This document shows, in pieces, positions 13,785 to 26,868 of a DNA stretch of 64,000 nt. The DNA comes from Okamejei kenojei (taxonomy: Eukaryota), in contig CM069155.1 of NCBI GenBank assembly GCA_035221665.1, forward strand, positions 29,574,001 through 29,638,000, written 5' to 3'. The notes below the pieces were generated by a model. It saw only the letters and a list, made by a program, of their open reading frames with translations. It was not told the DNA's origin and ran no database searches. Numbering within the stretch: position 1 is the stretch's first letter; the number at the start of each line of letters is the position of its first letter. Both the position numbers and the translations under genes were made by a program.

Positions 13785-13870
13785 TCTGATTGGCTTCGAA
13801 GAGCATACCGGTTTGATTGGTTTGGAGAGATAAACACACGGTGACATCTCGTCATTCCATTTATAAAGAG
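13785..13870 (+). promoter_or_regulatory. IgL cluster 2 promoter (ATTGG 13789 and 13816, GGTGACATCT 13840, TATAAA 13862)
   Basis: Same motif order and spacing as cluster 3. Confidence 0.7.
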
Positions 13871-14110
13871 AGCCAGAGAGCAAGATTACACGCCACTCGT
13901 CCTGGAAACTGCCGCCCTATCGGAGCTCAGTCGGTTAATGAAAATGTCGTATTGGATCCGTGTGGTTGGTGCGTTGGTTTTTTGAGCAGTTTGTGAGTAT
14001 TTTACTTTCCTCGACATTATAGTTATTTCTGTTCACCATTAATTTGGGGTTATCTCCCACACTTCAACAAACTTAACAATTTTTTTTTTCTGATATTTCT
14101 CTTTTCTCAG

Positions 14111-14452
14111 ACTTCAGCGCGGCAGTTACAGTAAGTCAGCCGCCTTCAATGTCCACCTCTACGGGACAAAAAATACAAATATCCTGTACCATATCGGGTT
14201 CCAGTACAGGCGCTTACTATGTCTCGTGGTACCAACAGATTCCTGGCAATACTCCCAAGTATCTATTCTACTATGAATCCGGCAGCATTTATAAAGGCAC
14301 GGACATTCCGGACCGTTTTTCCATCTCGGTGTCAGGCAGTTCTGTAATATTCGCAATATCTAGCGTTCAATCGGTGGATGCTGCGGACTATTACTGTGCC
14401 AAATGGGATAGTGGTTTACATTTCGGTAAAGGAACGAGGCTGGGTATTGGCG
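14111..14452 (+). CDS. IGL: Germline-joined V-J exon of cluster 2 (open frame)
   Basis: ORF 14149-14460: ...ISCTISGSSTGAYYVSWYQQ...YYCAKWDSGLHFGKGTRLGIG; AG at 14109-10, GT at 14453-54. Confidence 0.9.
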
Positions 14453-15444
14453 GTAAGTAAAATATATTCATCGGACAGCGCGCTGCTTTCTTTTTATTTT
14501 AATGCAGATATTACTTGATTTAATGTCGTGGGTTCACATTATACTTGATTGGGCCAGCTGTATTTCAGTGCAGATAGAGCGATTTTGCTCTACAGATGTT
14601 ACGAGTTCATTTGGACATAACTCAGTGAAATTATTGAGAAAGCGAGCTAATGATTTGTCTTGAGGTTCGTTCAATAAATTGCGGAAATATTCGCAGTGAT
14701 TGTCCAGATATGAAAGGAAATTGCTTGGGTAACGGAGGGTTACCAACGTTAATATTCGACACTGTAAAAAATCCGGTTGCCGGGTTAAACTAGGATATCA
14801 AAATGTGAAATGCGAAAGGAGAAAGTTTCGCACATTTTCTTCAGAAATTTTGTTTAAGACGTAGAGCAGCCTTTCGTGGACGCATTCGTGCATTTCAAAT
14901 ATAAATACATATTCGAACTACAATATCATCCTTGCTTGTGAACTATATCTGCGAATCGGTGACCGTCGCTTTCGAAGACTAGTTTCCAGATATTTTTGCC
15001 GAACTTAAATAGCGTTACCCTCCATCACAAAGGGTGCCGACAATCAAATAAGTTTAAATCTGTTATTATAAATTTCGCGACCGCGAATCGTTTATTTCTG
15101 CTGATATATTTAAATAAATGTAAAACCGGAGATGTGTAGTAAAATGAACATTATAAAAGTTATAATAATGTATTCAGTTTTATAAAATAGTGCAGCCATG
15201 ATCTATCACAGGTGTTTTCCCGGAGTTTATGCATAGGGAAGACAGAAAATTAACTATTCTGATTGCTTTCACGTACTTTATTTATTGTTTACCCAATTTA
15301 AAAAAGACACACTGTAATGGTTTGAAATAGGTCGAGAATAAAACGTCTTATTTCCAAAAATAAATAAAAGTGATCTATTTTCGGCAAATAATCATATCCC
15401 AACGGCAGCATTTCTCCAATTAAATGTGACTTCTTATTGAACAG

Positions 15445-15767
15445 ATCCTCGGGCACCGATCGTGACGGTCCTCCCGCCCTCAGCCGATGAAGTTACCTCA
15501 AAGGGCACCGCCACCCTGGTGTGTTTGGTGAACGGGTTCAATCCGGGCTCGGTGGCCGTTGAGTGGACAGTCGACGGCGGTGCAAAAAATAGCGGCGTTG
15601 AGACCAGCCCGATCCAGCAGGATAAGGACAACACGTTCAGCCTCAGCAGTTACCTGACTCTGACAGCCTCAGACTGGAACTTACACGAGCTTTACTCCTG
15701 TGTGGTTAAACACCAGACTCAGTCAAACCCGCTGAAGACAAATATCATGAGATCCAGCTGTATCTGA
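15445..15767 (+). CDS. IGL: Ig light chain constant exon of cluster 2 (open frame)
   Basis: ORF 15462-15767, nearly identical to the cluster 3 C exon. Confidence 0.9.
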
Positions 15768-15945
15768 TGTTTGAAGCGTGAGCTGACTCCCCAAAGTTAG
15801 TTAATCACCATTGGGTTCTTCTATGTGACAAAGTTAATCTTTGTCTTTCGGAATTTGCATAAAGAAATGCCATTTCTGGTTGAAACCTTGATTTTTATGA
15901 CTTGTTCGCTTTAAATGTAGTTCTTTCGAAATAATACAGTTCTTG

Positions 15946-15951
15946 AATAAA
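15946..15951 (+). terminator. Poly(A) signal AATAAA of cluster 2 (homologous sites: 3934 AATAAA, 59511 AATAAA, 45536 AATACA variant)
   Basis: About 180 bp after the normal C stop, at the same aligned position in all four copies. Confidence 0.7.
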
Positions 15952-18699
15952 GCATCGTCGATTCAATTGCGTTAACTAAAAGCATGTATGTTGCTATTGT
16001 ACCCAAGGTATTCTTTGCAGACGTTGAGTAAAGTTGAAAAACTATTGTCAAATGCATTGCTGTTTCTCTTTGATTTATTTCTGACCCCAAACATGATGAC
16101 TTAATATGGATTTTGTTCTCTTGTACATTTGAGCAAGAAACGCTGAATTATTTCCCCTCCATCTCGATCTCGAATTACAATCGTGGAACAGTGGTGAGTT
16201 TGTGCCACTCATCAAGTTATACAATGCGTTCTAAACCAATCATGACACACGTGATCTCAAGTCCAATAAGAATCCACAAAATTGGGAGTACTCAGCAGGC
16301 GAGGCGGCCTGAAGTGAGAAATTGATTTGACGTTTCAGGTTGTTCATTTGGTCAAAAATGTCCCTACAAACCCCACACCTTCAGGGATTAAAGAATTTGT
16401 TAAATATGTTTTCGTTCGTAAGGTGCACCGTTACATACTGTAAATACAGGCAAGTTATGTGAATACCTGGAAATTTACCGGAAACGACATTAATTCCCAA
16501 CATATCAGCAAGATTCTGTAAAACTGATAGTTTGTTCCCACGTCTGCTTCACACCATCCACACTATGCACCGCACCTCCATTCTTTTACACCGAAGACAT
16601 TGACATTAATCGATGACAAGATATGTATTCCAATTACGCTTAGACTGTGGTTATCATGCCATGTTCCATCACACTCCCCGCTGTGGGTTGTATTTTTTTT
16701 CTGACCGAGCAAACAGCAAAGATTGAATCTTCCTTGTCTTGGCATTTCCATCTGTTCCTCCAGTGCCCAACTATCCATCAATATCAGACGATCAGATATG
16801 AATTGTTCCAATGACGGGTCATTCTAAGCCACCCAACAAAGAGGATTCCAATGATTTACAACCTCCGCGAAGACATTCCACTTTATCTCACCCCTACATA
16901 GCCAGATCCAGCACGATATTAAATCCCCACTGTAGATCCAACAGATCCAGGGTTCTCGTGTTCATCCCTCTCACAATAAGCATTTATTTTCCAATTAGTT
17001 ATCCTCTCCTTCTTCGAATCTCGCAGAGAATCCTCTGCAGCCCAATTGAAATACACTGCCCGGTTGCAGATTTAAGTGTGTGGGAAGGAACTGCAGGTGC
17101 CGGTTTAAACCGAAGATAGACATAAAAACGTTGGAGTAATTCATTCGGATCAGACAGCATCTCTGGATAAAAGAATAGCTGACGAAGCTTCTTCCGACCC
17201 GAAACCTCACCTATTCATTTTCTCCAGAGATGTTGTCTGACCAGCTTTTTATGTCTATCTTCAAAGAAATACGTAGAGTTTTTATGAATAGATCAATGGT
17301 GCGTTCATTTCTGGTTCAAAAGAACGTTATTCTCATCTACCGGGGTACAGTGTAATTCATTTCTGTTTACAGTTCAGTACAAGTATCACTATACATAAGC
17401 ACTTAAATACATCTTAGATAAACATCTCAGATACACTAAAATTCGTTGAATAGCGTCGCCAGATTTAGCTCCATTTTCAAATCGCAGCTGTTATTAATGC
17501 AGGGTCCGCTGGCCTGACAGCGTTGCAGGATCTTCATCGGCCCTCTTCACCGTCAGGGTATTGCCCTCCCTCCCGCAGTCAGTCTGCTTAACGGCCCTTC
17601 CTCCGACTCCTTCCTCTCCGGGCGGGTGAGACGAGCCTTCCGGTTGGGTTCCCAGTCCGGTCCGCGGCACGAGTCCTCGGCGCGAGATCGACTCTGAGAT
17701 CTCCTCTTGCACTTTTTTGGTTCTTCGTAATTTTAATTTTGTTAACCACATGTTAACAAACCAATTAATGTGTCTCAATCGGTGTTCATGCACCGTCTAT
17801 TTTAACCAGCGCCTATTCAAACACAACTGGCGCAATATCACCTTTACATTTGCGATATTACTGTCACTTATTACCATTTTGCCCCATGGGCTTGATCTCC
17901 GATGTATGAAAACGTAATGTTCTCCTATTTAAAACTCCACGATTTGGTTAATTCCCATCTATCCCATTTTTACTCGATTAGTAAGAAGTTTGTCCTAGCA
18001 TGATCACTGTGGCGATGAGCTCATTGAAATATATCTGTATACGGCAATACTATTGCAAAACTTATGTCGTCTATGCCACACGTTGATATTCTGTTCCAGA
18101 GCATATTTGCGCGTGGCGCTGTGAACAATGGATTGTTGAAATTGAGCTTCTTAATTTCTTGAGCTCCCAAACTTCTCGTAGAACAATTGCAGATCTGGCG
18201 CATTGAACTTTGCCAGTTCTTCGGCGGACTTGGATATCTGTGCCATGCCAATTCCGCCTGAATATTTCTCCAGAGACACGAACATGCTCTTAGTCCCCGC
18301 TCTGCACAATGGTCACAGACATTGGTGTTCTTCCTCAAAGTTCATGAAACAGAATGTCTGTATGCCCTGAGCCAACTATAATACTTTTAATTTCTTCTTC
18401 ATCCATGCTACCGTGGCGCTAATGAACAATGTTAAATCTGAAACTCCCGTATCACCGCAATCTGGAATCTTACATTTATTTTATTCACATTTACATCCCT
18501 TGGTCACTATTTTTGAACTCATATTCCTTCTTCATCATCTTAGTTTAGTTTATTATATTGAGGATAAGTAGGAATCTTTGTGGATGTCAACAAAGGAATT
18601 CTGTATGATTATAATCAGGCCGTCTACAGTGTACAGATACAGGATAAAGGCATGCCATTCGGTGCATGATGAAGTCGTATTAAAGATAATTCAATGGTC

Positions 18700-19240
18700 T
18701 GGCCGAATGTACTTCTTGCTTGATGGGAGAAGGGAGAAGAGGGAATGACCAGAGTGAGACTAGTTCTTGATTATGATGGTGCCCCAGTAAGACAGCGTGG
18801 TGCAGAAGGAGTCCAAGGAAGGTTGGCTGTTTTGCGTGATGGCCTGGGCTATGTCCACGACTGTCTGCAATGTCTTGCGAGTTTCGATGGGCCTGTTCCA
18901 AAACCACGGGTGTGATGCATGCCGATACAAATGTTTTCTAGAGCGCAGCTGTGGAAGTTGTCCAGGGTTGTTAGGTACACGCCAAACCTACTGAGCCTCC
19001 TTAGGAAATAAAGGCGTTGTGTGCATTCTTGTCCATTGCTTTGACATGGCTGGTCCAGGCGAGTTTGCTGGTGATGTTCATTCCTAAGTACCTGAAGATT
19101 TCGAACACCTCTAGTTCGCCGTCATCATGTGTGTCCTTCTTAGCTCTATGAAGTCAACCTGAATCTCGTAAAGTCTTGCTGCCATTGTGAGATCAGTTGT
19201 TATTATGGCACCAAGTTATGCGGTTTTCAATCTCCTTCCT
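18700..19240 (-). mobile_element. Old Rex1/Babar-like LINE RT C-terminal relic (paralogue at 61545-62165)
   Basis: Minus strand reads QRLYFLRRLSRFGV and ...TPVVLE. Confidence 0.6.
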
Positions 19241-19481
19241 GGGCTCCGTCTCCCCGTCGGCTGGATAAAGCTTTACAGTATAGCTTGTGTTAATTCTACT
19301 CTACCCATAGTGGAGCTCAGGTGCAGAAGCGATCATGGCAGGATGCGCAGATTCCACCAGAGGTTGTGGCAAATCGGTCCGCGTTTCGAACTGCGCAACT
19401 TCTGTTCTTTACTGGTTCTTTAATAAAGGCCATTTTTAAACATTTTGGTTTCACCATGTAGAAATTACAGCAGTGTTGATA

Positions 19482-20935
19482 CATTGCCCCCCCACCCTCC
19501 ATTTCTGGGCACCATAAATTTTGGGGACACAGCAATGTCATGTAAATGAAAGTAGTCATGTTTAGTATTTTGTTGCATATCCTTGATGTCTGCGATTCAT
19601 GGACATCACCAGTTGCTGGGTGTCTTCTCTGGTAATGTTCTGCCAGGCCTGTATTGCAGCCATCTTTTGCCTATTTTTGTTTTGGGGGCTAGTCACCTTC
19701 AGTTTTCTCTTCAGCATATAAAAGGCATGCTCAATTGGGTTCAGATCGGGTGATTGACTTTGCCACTCAAGAACTGACCATTTTTTAGCTTTGAAAAACT
19801 AATTTGTTGCTTTAGCAGCATGTTAGGACTCATTGTCTTGCTGTAGAATGAACAGCAGGGGGGTGAGTTTTGAGGCATTTGTTTGAACTTGAGCTGATAG
19901 GATGTGTCTATACACTTCATAATTCATTATGCTACTACCATCAGCAGTTGTATCATCAATGAAGATAAGTAAGCCAGTACCTTCAGCAGCCATACATGCT
20001 CAGGCTATAATACCCCCACCACCGTGTTTCACATGTGAGGTGGTATGCTTTGGATTTTGGGCAGTTCCTTCTCTACTCCATTCTTTGCTCTTGCTATCAC
20101 ACTGATATAAGTTAATCTTCATCTCATTTATTCACAAGACCTTTTCTCCAGAACTGTTGCTCTTTTAAGTACTTCTTGGCAAACTGTAATCTGGCTATCC
20201 TATTTTTGCGGTAACCAGTGGTCTGGTTCTTGCACTGTAGCCTTTTTGTATTTCTGTTCATGAAGTCTTCTGTGGACAGTGGTCATTGACAAATCCACAC
20301 CTGACTCCTGAAAGGCGTTTCTGATCTGTCGGACAGGTGTTTGTTTTTTTTTCTTTATTATAGTGATTATTCTTCTGTCATCAGCTTTGCAGGTCTTCCT
20401 TGGCTTGCCAGTCCCTTTACGATGAGTAAGCTTACCAGTGTTCTCTTTCTTAATGATGTTCCAAACAGTTGATTGTGGTAAGCCTAAGGTTTGGCTGATG
20501 TCTCTAAGTTTTATTATTGTTTCTCAGTCTCATAATGGCTTCTTTGACTTTCATTGGCACAAGTTTGGTGCTCATGTTGATAAACAGCCATAAAGCTTTC
20601 CAAAAGTGATGGAAAGAGTGGAGGAAATACTTGGTGCTGAGAGCTCTCCTATACCTGAATTATGGAGGCATTTAAACACACCTGAGCAATTACAAGCACC
20701 TGTGAAGCCATGTGTCCCAAATATTATGGTACCCTGAAATGAGGGAGATTATGTATAAACCACAGCTGTAATTTCCACATGATGACACCAAAATGTATAC
20801 AAATGGCTTTTTTTAAATCTCACAATGTGCCCTTTAAACACATGTGATTTTTTATATTGCAAATCTCAAATTGTGGAGTACAGAAGCAAATAAATAAATG
20901 ATGGGTCCTTGTCCCAAACATTATGGAGGGCACTG
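19482..20935 (-). mobile_element. Tc1/mariner DNA transposon, degenerate
   Basis: Right TIR ...tgtcccaaacattatggagggcactg|TA; imperfect left TIR TA|cattgccc...ccataaattttggggaca. Minus-strand transposase motifs VKHGGG (~20020) and EWQSQSPDLNPIE (~19750). Confidence 0.85.
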
Positions 20936-21645
20936 TATATGCTGAAGGTCCTTACGTGTTGAAGATAGACAAATCACCATGGCCTGATCAGATACATCCA
21001 AGGACACTGTGAGAAGCCAAAGAGGAAATTGCTGGAGCCGTCGCAGAGTCGTCTGGTAAATGCAGGTGAGGTGCCGGAAGAATGTCGGGAGGCAAATGTT
21101 GCGCATCTATTCAAGAAGCTTTGCAGGGAAAAGGATAGATGCTACATTTCAGCGATCCTAGCATCTGTGGTCGGAAAGTTACTGGAGAGTATTTAGAGGG
21201 ATAGGAGAGTTCAAGTTCACATTTATTGTCACAAGCACCAATTAAGTCACAGTGATATTTGAGTTAACATACAGCCATACAAGTAAAAAAAAGCACGATA
21301 CAAGATAGAGTTTAACATAAACATCCATTACAGTGGAATCAGCATTTCTCACTGTGATGGAAAGCGATAAAGTGCTGCAGTCAGCAGGCACCCGCAGTCG
21401 GAGCTCCAACACTGGCGACCCTCGGCAAACGATCCCATGCTCCGCGATGATGTCCGCGCCGTGGCTGCTGGTGAAGTTGTGGGCCAGTCTCTGGTCTGGA
21501 AAGACTGCACCAAACCAGTTGTTAGGCCACGAGTGGGGCGAAGATGGGAGAAGGAGAAAAGTCGCATCTCCGTCGAGGTAAGTGACTGAAACTGGTTCCT
21601 CCCATCTCCTCCACAACCCCCACATAAGACTTACCGAGAAACATT

Positions 21646-24600
21646 AAACAGTAAGATTAAATGACAACCTACCAGGTTGAAGTTTGATCTTGATTTTATG
21701 AGGAGTTATGTTGGTGATTAGGTGAAGAAGACCCCGCCAGGACGCATGCGCACCAATCTTCAAAGCAGCGTATGAAATTACATATAACAACACTGAAGTG
21801 ACATAGTCAGATGCGTGACACGAGAGCTACCAGATGATCCTTTATGAGACAGGGTTGGGCGTGGCGGGCATGTAATCACCAACGTAAAATCAAGATCAAA
21901 CTTCAAACTGGTAAGTTCTCATTTAATCTTACTATTTTACTTTGGAGTCACGTGAGTGATTCCGTGAAGAGTTCAAAGCTTTGTGATTTCATGCCACAGA
22001 TTACAAATCTCGGCATCCCACTGCAGTGATTGACTCGAATGAGAAATTAATGCATCAGTCGTAACATTGCATTTAATGCAGTAATGAAGTTTATTTAAAA
22101 AATATAAACAAACGACAGTACCCCTCTATCCCAGGGCACTTTAAACAGAACTTAAAATAGCATTGGCAAACAGCCCTGGATCGGCTATCGGCCGATGATA
22201 GAAATTCTGAAACATCAGTTCATTTGCCGATCCGGTGGCCGCCAAAATATGGTCGACGGGCACGTCCCTCGCCTTGGCCGCCGACGTAGCGGCTGCCCTA
22301 GTGGAAAGGGATGTAAACATACTATCTAAATGATACGCTGACATTGATGCTCACCTGGTGGAATGAGATATACCATCATCAGTGTTAATACCTGTATGAC
22401 CCAGAACCTGCTGCAGTCACCTTGAAATAGTCTGCGACCTTCATTTGTGTAGTTCTTTGTTGACTAATAAACAATGCTGATTCCATACTTTTTAGGATTC
22501 TGGTGGCCTTGATAACATAGACGTGTGACTGTGCGGTATCCAAAATGATCTTAAATCATGCCACCCCTAGTCTACTCTGCTTGTGTAGACCAGAATGTAA
22601 AATGTAATGGCACCTGCAGCCAATTCCATCCTATCTAGCCCACAGCATTTGAAAGTTTGCGGCCATTGTGCTGATATAAGTGCCATAACTAAGGATGTAG
22701 ACGGAACCCCTTGGTGAAGTAATGTTTACACATTTACAATAACCAACTGCATAATCTTGTAGTGGGAGAAGTTTGTGTCAAGATCTTTTAACAACTCAAT
22801 ATCCCGGTTGAACCCGACAACGTAGTTCCCTTATGTTGCAAGCTGTAGTGTCTCTATAACTACTGAATTATTGTCAAATACCAATTAAAATGAACTGGAA
22901 AACGTCAGTAATCTGTACCGTATTAAATGAAACATCAACACAACAAAAAAACGCTTCTGATCCCCTGAAAATGTACTGCTTTTTGGTGCTATCCCTGCAC
23001 ACTGCAGTGAGCACCTTCATGGCTTGATGTAGACAACCTGAGGCCATAAGTCAATCAATTCAAATGTATAAGTCAATAATTGTTTTACTGTGCAAAGGCC
23101 AGTCTCCTGAACCACAGTTTTGAAGTTCTTGTTTTTGGAATAAACCGTATACCGTTGTGCCATAATGCCTGATGAAGCAGGCAACATGGATGCTTGGCCA
23201 GTCCGACAGTATGAACCCAAGCGAGGTCTTGCTGACTGTTTTAAGACCCGGCTAATGAGGCAAAAATGAGGAAGACATAAAAGACCATTCCTCCTATTGA
23301 AGCAAGAATGTATTTCTCCGCACTGTTGTGCCACATATTTTTGCAATCAGTGAATAAACATGCACCAACATGTCGATATTCGATGTAGTATTGAACCATA
23401 CTTTCATCATACTTCGCGATCCAACACTTATTCTGTGTTATCATTGATCTGAACTGGATGATACACCAGTGGCAAAGGAGATTTATTACAGGATACTTTT
23501 ACTTGATTACCATGTGACTAACATATGTCACCATCATAGAGTAGCAACTTGAATTTGAGCATGTAGAATATGTATATTCGCTCAATAACCCCTTACCCAC
23601 GGGGTGCATCTAGTGTATATATTTAGTTGATTATATATCAACTAATTGTTTACCAACAATTGATGAATTGGTAACTCATGCAATCTCCACTACCGCCAGG
23701 TAGTTGATGGTATTCGGAACTTCTCATCTTAGAGTCCTAAGCATCTGTTTGTAATAACTGAATTCGACCAACCACACGACTGTAGCGAGTTTCAAGTTCA
23801 AGTTCAATGAGTTATTGTCATGTTCAGCAATGCTGAATACTGTTACTTCATCATTGTGGCTGAAGTAGCTTCAACTGACAATAGTATAAGATTTTTAACA
23901 ATGGTCTAATTGCTACTTACACGATATCAGTTCCTTGATTTGCTCGGCTGAAACACAGCTGCTATATTGCCAATTACTCTTGATGAAAATAACTCAGTTT
24001 TGTAACAGATTGCTATACTCCAATCTCTTTCCACAAGGCGGAGTCAAGGCTAATAATAATTAAAGGTAAATCCCAATGACCAACAAACGGTTTATCCCAT
24101 ACCCCAAAGCTTTACTGTTATAGTACAGTTATATTGCCTTTGATAACCTAATGGGATTGCATAGCATGGATCTCTGACTATGAATCTGTTGCAGTCAGGA
24201 AAATAAGTTTTCATATTCAGAAAGTTCATATGCCCGACACTCTCCATTCTTCATAATAACATGCCACTCCTGCCTTATTCCATGGGTGGTTTGCATGAGA
24301 ACTTTTGCGCAATTTCCAAACCCTGGCCATAATCCATACTTGCTTGGAATGCCCCGACTGTGCCTCAACCAAATATTTTTACCCTTTGTGTGTTGTACAA
24401 AACAAATGTAAATATTACAACTTGTGAAAGGTGCACTACCCAAATTTTGGAAATGCTAGACCCATTTTGTGGTGTATGTTTGGAAAGGTGATTGGAATTT
24501 CTGAGCTGACAATCTGCCCCAGCTCCAGTGAACAGCTACTGCCAATGAGCGCCTGGGATGCGTTCTGAACGATGACTTTTGCCTGCCGTTGGCCTAATTG

Positions 24601-26868
24601 ATTCATCTGCCAGGCTTTCTTCCCCTGTTGAATAGGCCTACCTGAATAACAGATTCAGCGGCTGGCTCTCACATCCCCCTGTTGGCGCTGTTCACTGCCG
24701 GCACATTTGTGCTTAAGTATGCTCTATTGACTTCTTTAGAGCCTGGAGTCAGTTATATCTTGACCTTTTGCTCTTCCCTCCTCAGAGAGAGTGATTCGTA
24801 GGCAACCCTAACAGGCGCTGCCACAGGCCGCAGGCCGCAGGATACCAATACTGATACAAACCCATTGGCCTTAACCCAAATAGAATATTCTGCTGGGATG
24901 GCAACTTTGCTATCAGGAAAATATACCTCTGACATGTGCACTTCATCCCTTGGGGTATGCCCCATGGCCATACCATGAGACTCAGTGTCAACAGGATACT
25001 GACCTGTCTTGGTCTCTGCCTCCGAGAGGGAGACCTCTGTAGCACTATATGCAGCAGTTGCTGTATTTGGGATAGTCGTTTCAAATGCACTATCCAGCAC
25101 CGTGAGGAATTCGTCCCCTTGCTGTCCAGCCCCAGTGGAGAATCATCTCCCGACTCCATGGGTGAGCAGATTATGTGTGAATTTGAGCAACCCTTTCCCA
25201 GGCGTTGCTGTGGCCACCTTTCGTAAAGGCCGGCGCTTTTTGACATGAAACATCCCTGCATCAGGCACTGCTGCTACGGCTCTCCCGTAGGCCGGCACTT
25301 TCATACATGAAGCAGCCCTGTCAGGCACTGCTGCTTGGCCTGTGGGCATAGGCCCACACATATTACACATGAATAATCCATGCCTTTATTACATCTAGGC
25401 TGGATTATTGTAACGCACTCTACTCTGGAGTCGCAAGAGCTTCATTGGCTCGTCTCCAGCTTGTCCAAAATGCCGCCGCTCACCTTTTGACCGGAGCTCG
25501 AAAGAGGGAGCACATTACGCCAATTTTGGATTCCCCTTCAATGGCTCCCAGTGCATTTTTCGAGTTCACTTCAAAATTCTTTGTTTGTTTTTAAATCGCA
25601 GAATGGGCTCGCCCCGTCTTAATCTCTCTGAGCTGCTCCACCTATATGCTCCTGCCCGGTGCCTCAGGTCAGCTGATCAGCTGCTCCTTGAGGTACCAAG
25701 GTCTAAGCGGAGGCTCAGAGGGGATAGAGCCTTTTCTGTTGCTGCCCCGGCACTCTGGAACACCTTGCCGCTGCACATCAGACAGGCCCCCTCACTGTCC
25801 ATCTTCAAATCCTCCCTCAAGACTCATTTTTACTCCTTGGCTTTCGACACTGGCTGAGGCTTTGCTCCTGTTCTTGGTGCTTTTAATGTCTTTTTAACTT
25901 TTAGAGTGTGTTTTTAATAGTCCCTTCGTCTTACGGTTTTTAAATGGTTTGTAATGCCTTGTCCATGAGTTCTCATGTACAGCACTCTTGTGGCAACTGT
26001 AGTTGTTTAAAGCGCTTTATAAAATAAAGTTATTATTATTATTATTATTATGAAGCAGCCCTGTCAGGCGCTGCTGGTGCTGCCTGTCCCATAGGGGGAG
26101 TATTACAGTGTGAGCTCACAAAATCAACATTTTTAGTGTATAGCTTTATCTGTGAAGGGTAAACGTAATTCATAGCAACTTGTGCTAAACAACAAGGATT
26201 ACATTGTCAGAAACATATAACAATAACGTTTTATAACTTTAACTTTGCCTTTAGCTGTTAACTTTTAGAAACACACTATTAAATACATATATTTTATTAA
26301 AAGGAGAAACCCTTAATAGCCCGACTCACCCGAGTCCAAATAGGGTTGAATGAGTCCCATTTAATTCCTTGCCTGGGGACCAACGTATATGAGCCACTGA
26401 CCCCACTGTCAGTGACTCCAGCGTTGCTTCCTTGCCGTTGCAACGGCATCCCCACAGGCTGGGAGCTGCTGACCCCACTGTGAGCGACTCTGTTTGAATT
26501 TCCTGCCGTTTTTCCGGCATCCCCGCAGGCTGGGAGTGGCTGACTGCACTGTTTGCGGCTCCTTATCTCGCAACCCGATCAATTTTGCGGGTTACCCGCT
26601 TCTGCCGTCGGAATGGGGTTTCACCACTGTCCATAACCGGCACACTCGTCGGGCTGCGAAACTGGCAGGAAAACCTCTGTGAAAAGAGGCTCCTGCCTGA
26701 AAAACCCTGGTAAGTAAAAAACCGAACTTACCTTTTAGGTTTAACTTATCGCTGGCAGGAGCTCTGTCCTGCCAGTCTGGTGCGCGCACCAGTGCGGCTG
26801 ACATACTGGTGCGTATGCAGCCTGGCGGGACATCTTCACGGAATTACTCACGTGACTCCGAAGTAAAA
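21646..26868 (-). mobile_element. DIRS1-type tyrosine-recombinase retrotransposon, copy A (heavily decayed)
   Basis: Inverted termini at 21722-21755 and 26807-26839. ICR 21869-21970 is complementary to both ends. YR C-terminus STRAAATSAAK...VDHILAATG...FQNFYHRPI at 22141-22344. Confidence 0.88.
25374..26049 (+). mobile_element. 5'-truncated L2 LINE inserted in DIRS copy A
   Basis: IHAFITSRLDYCNAL, RLQLVQNAAA, GDRAFSVAAPALWNTLP..FKSSLKTHFY; AATAAA plus (TTA)n tail; ATGAA TSD at 25369-73 and 26050-54. Confidence 0.9.

Larger units (their letters stand above)
13938..15767 (+). pseudogene. IGL: Ig light chain cluster 2 (leader 13938-13992, VJ 14111-14452, C 15445-15767); single nonsense codon in the leader, VJ and C open
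   Basis: Leader ATG AAA ATG TCG...TTT TGA GCA GTT T|GT has TGA at 13983-13985 where cluster 3 has TGC. ORFs 14149-14460 (VJ) and 15462-15767 (C) are intact, splice sites are intact, AATAAA at 15946. Confidence 0.88.
9913..19307 (+). repeat. Segmental duplication unit 2
   Basis: 9913-10165 matches 40204-40510 and 55908-56212; the 3' flank matches 47670-48575 and 61150-62221. Confidence 0.8.

Noticed and set aside
16563-17060. Recurrent minus-strand ORFs in the 3' flank (also 46139-46387, 60130-60405)
   Set aside because: The sequence resembles an ancient CR1 3' end (VVNHWNP, similar to RVVNLWNSLP); recurrence reflects the duplication.
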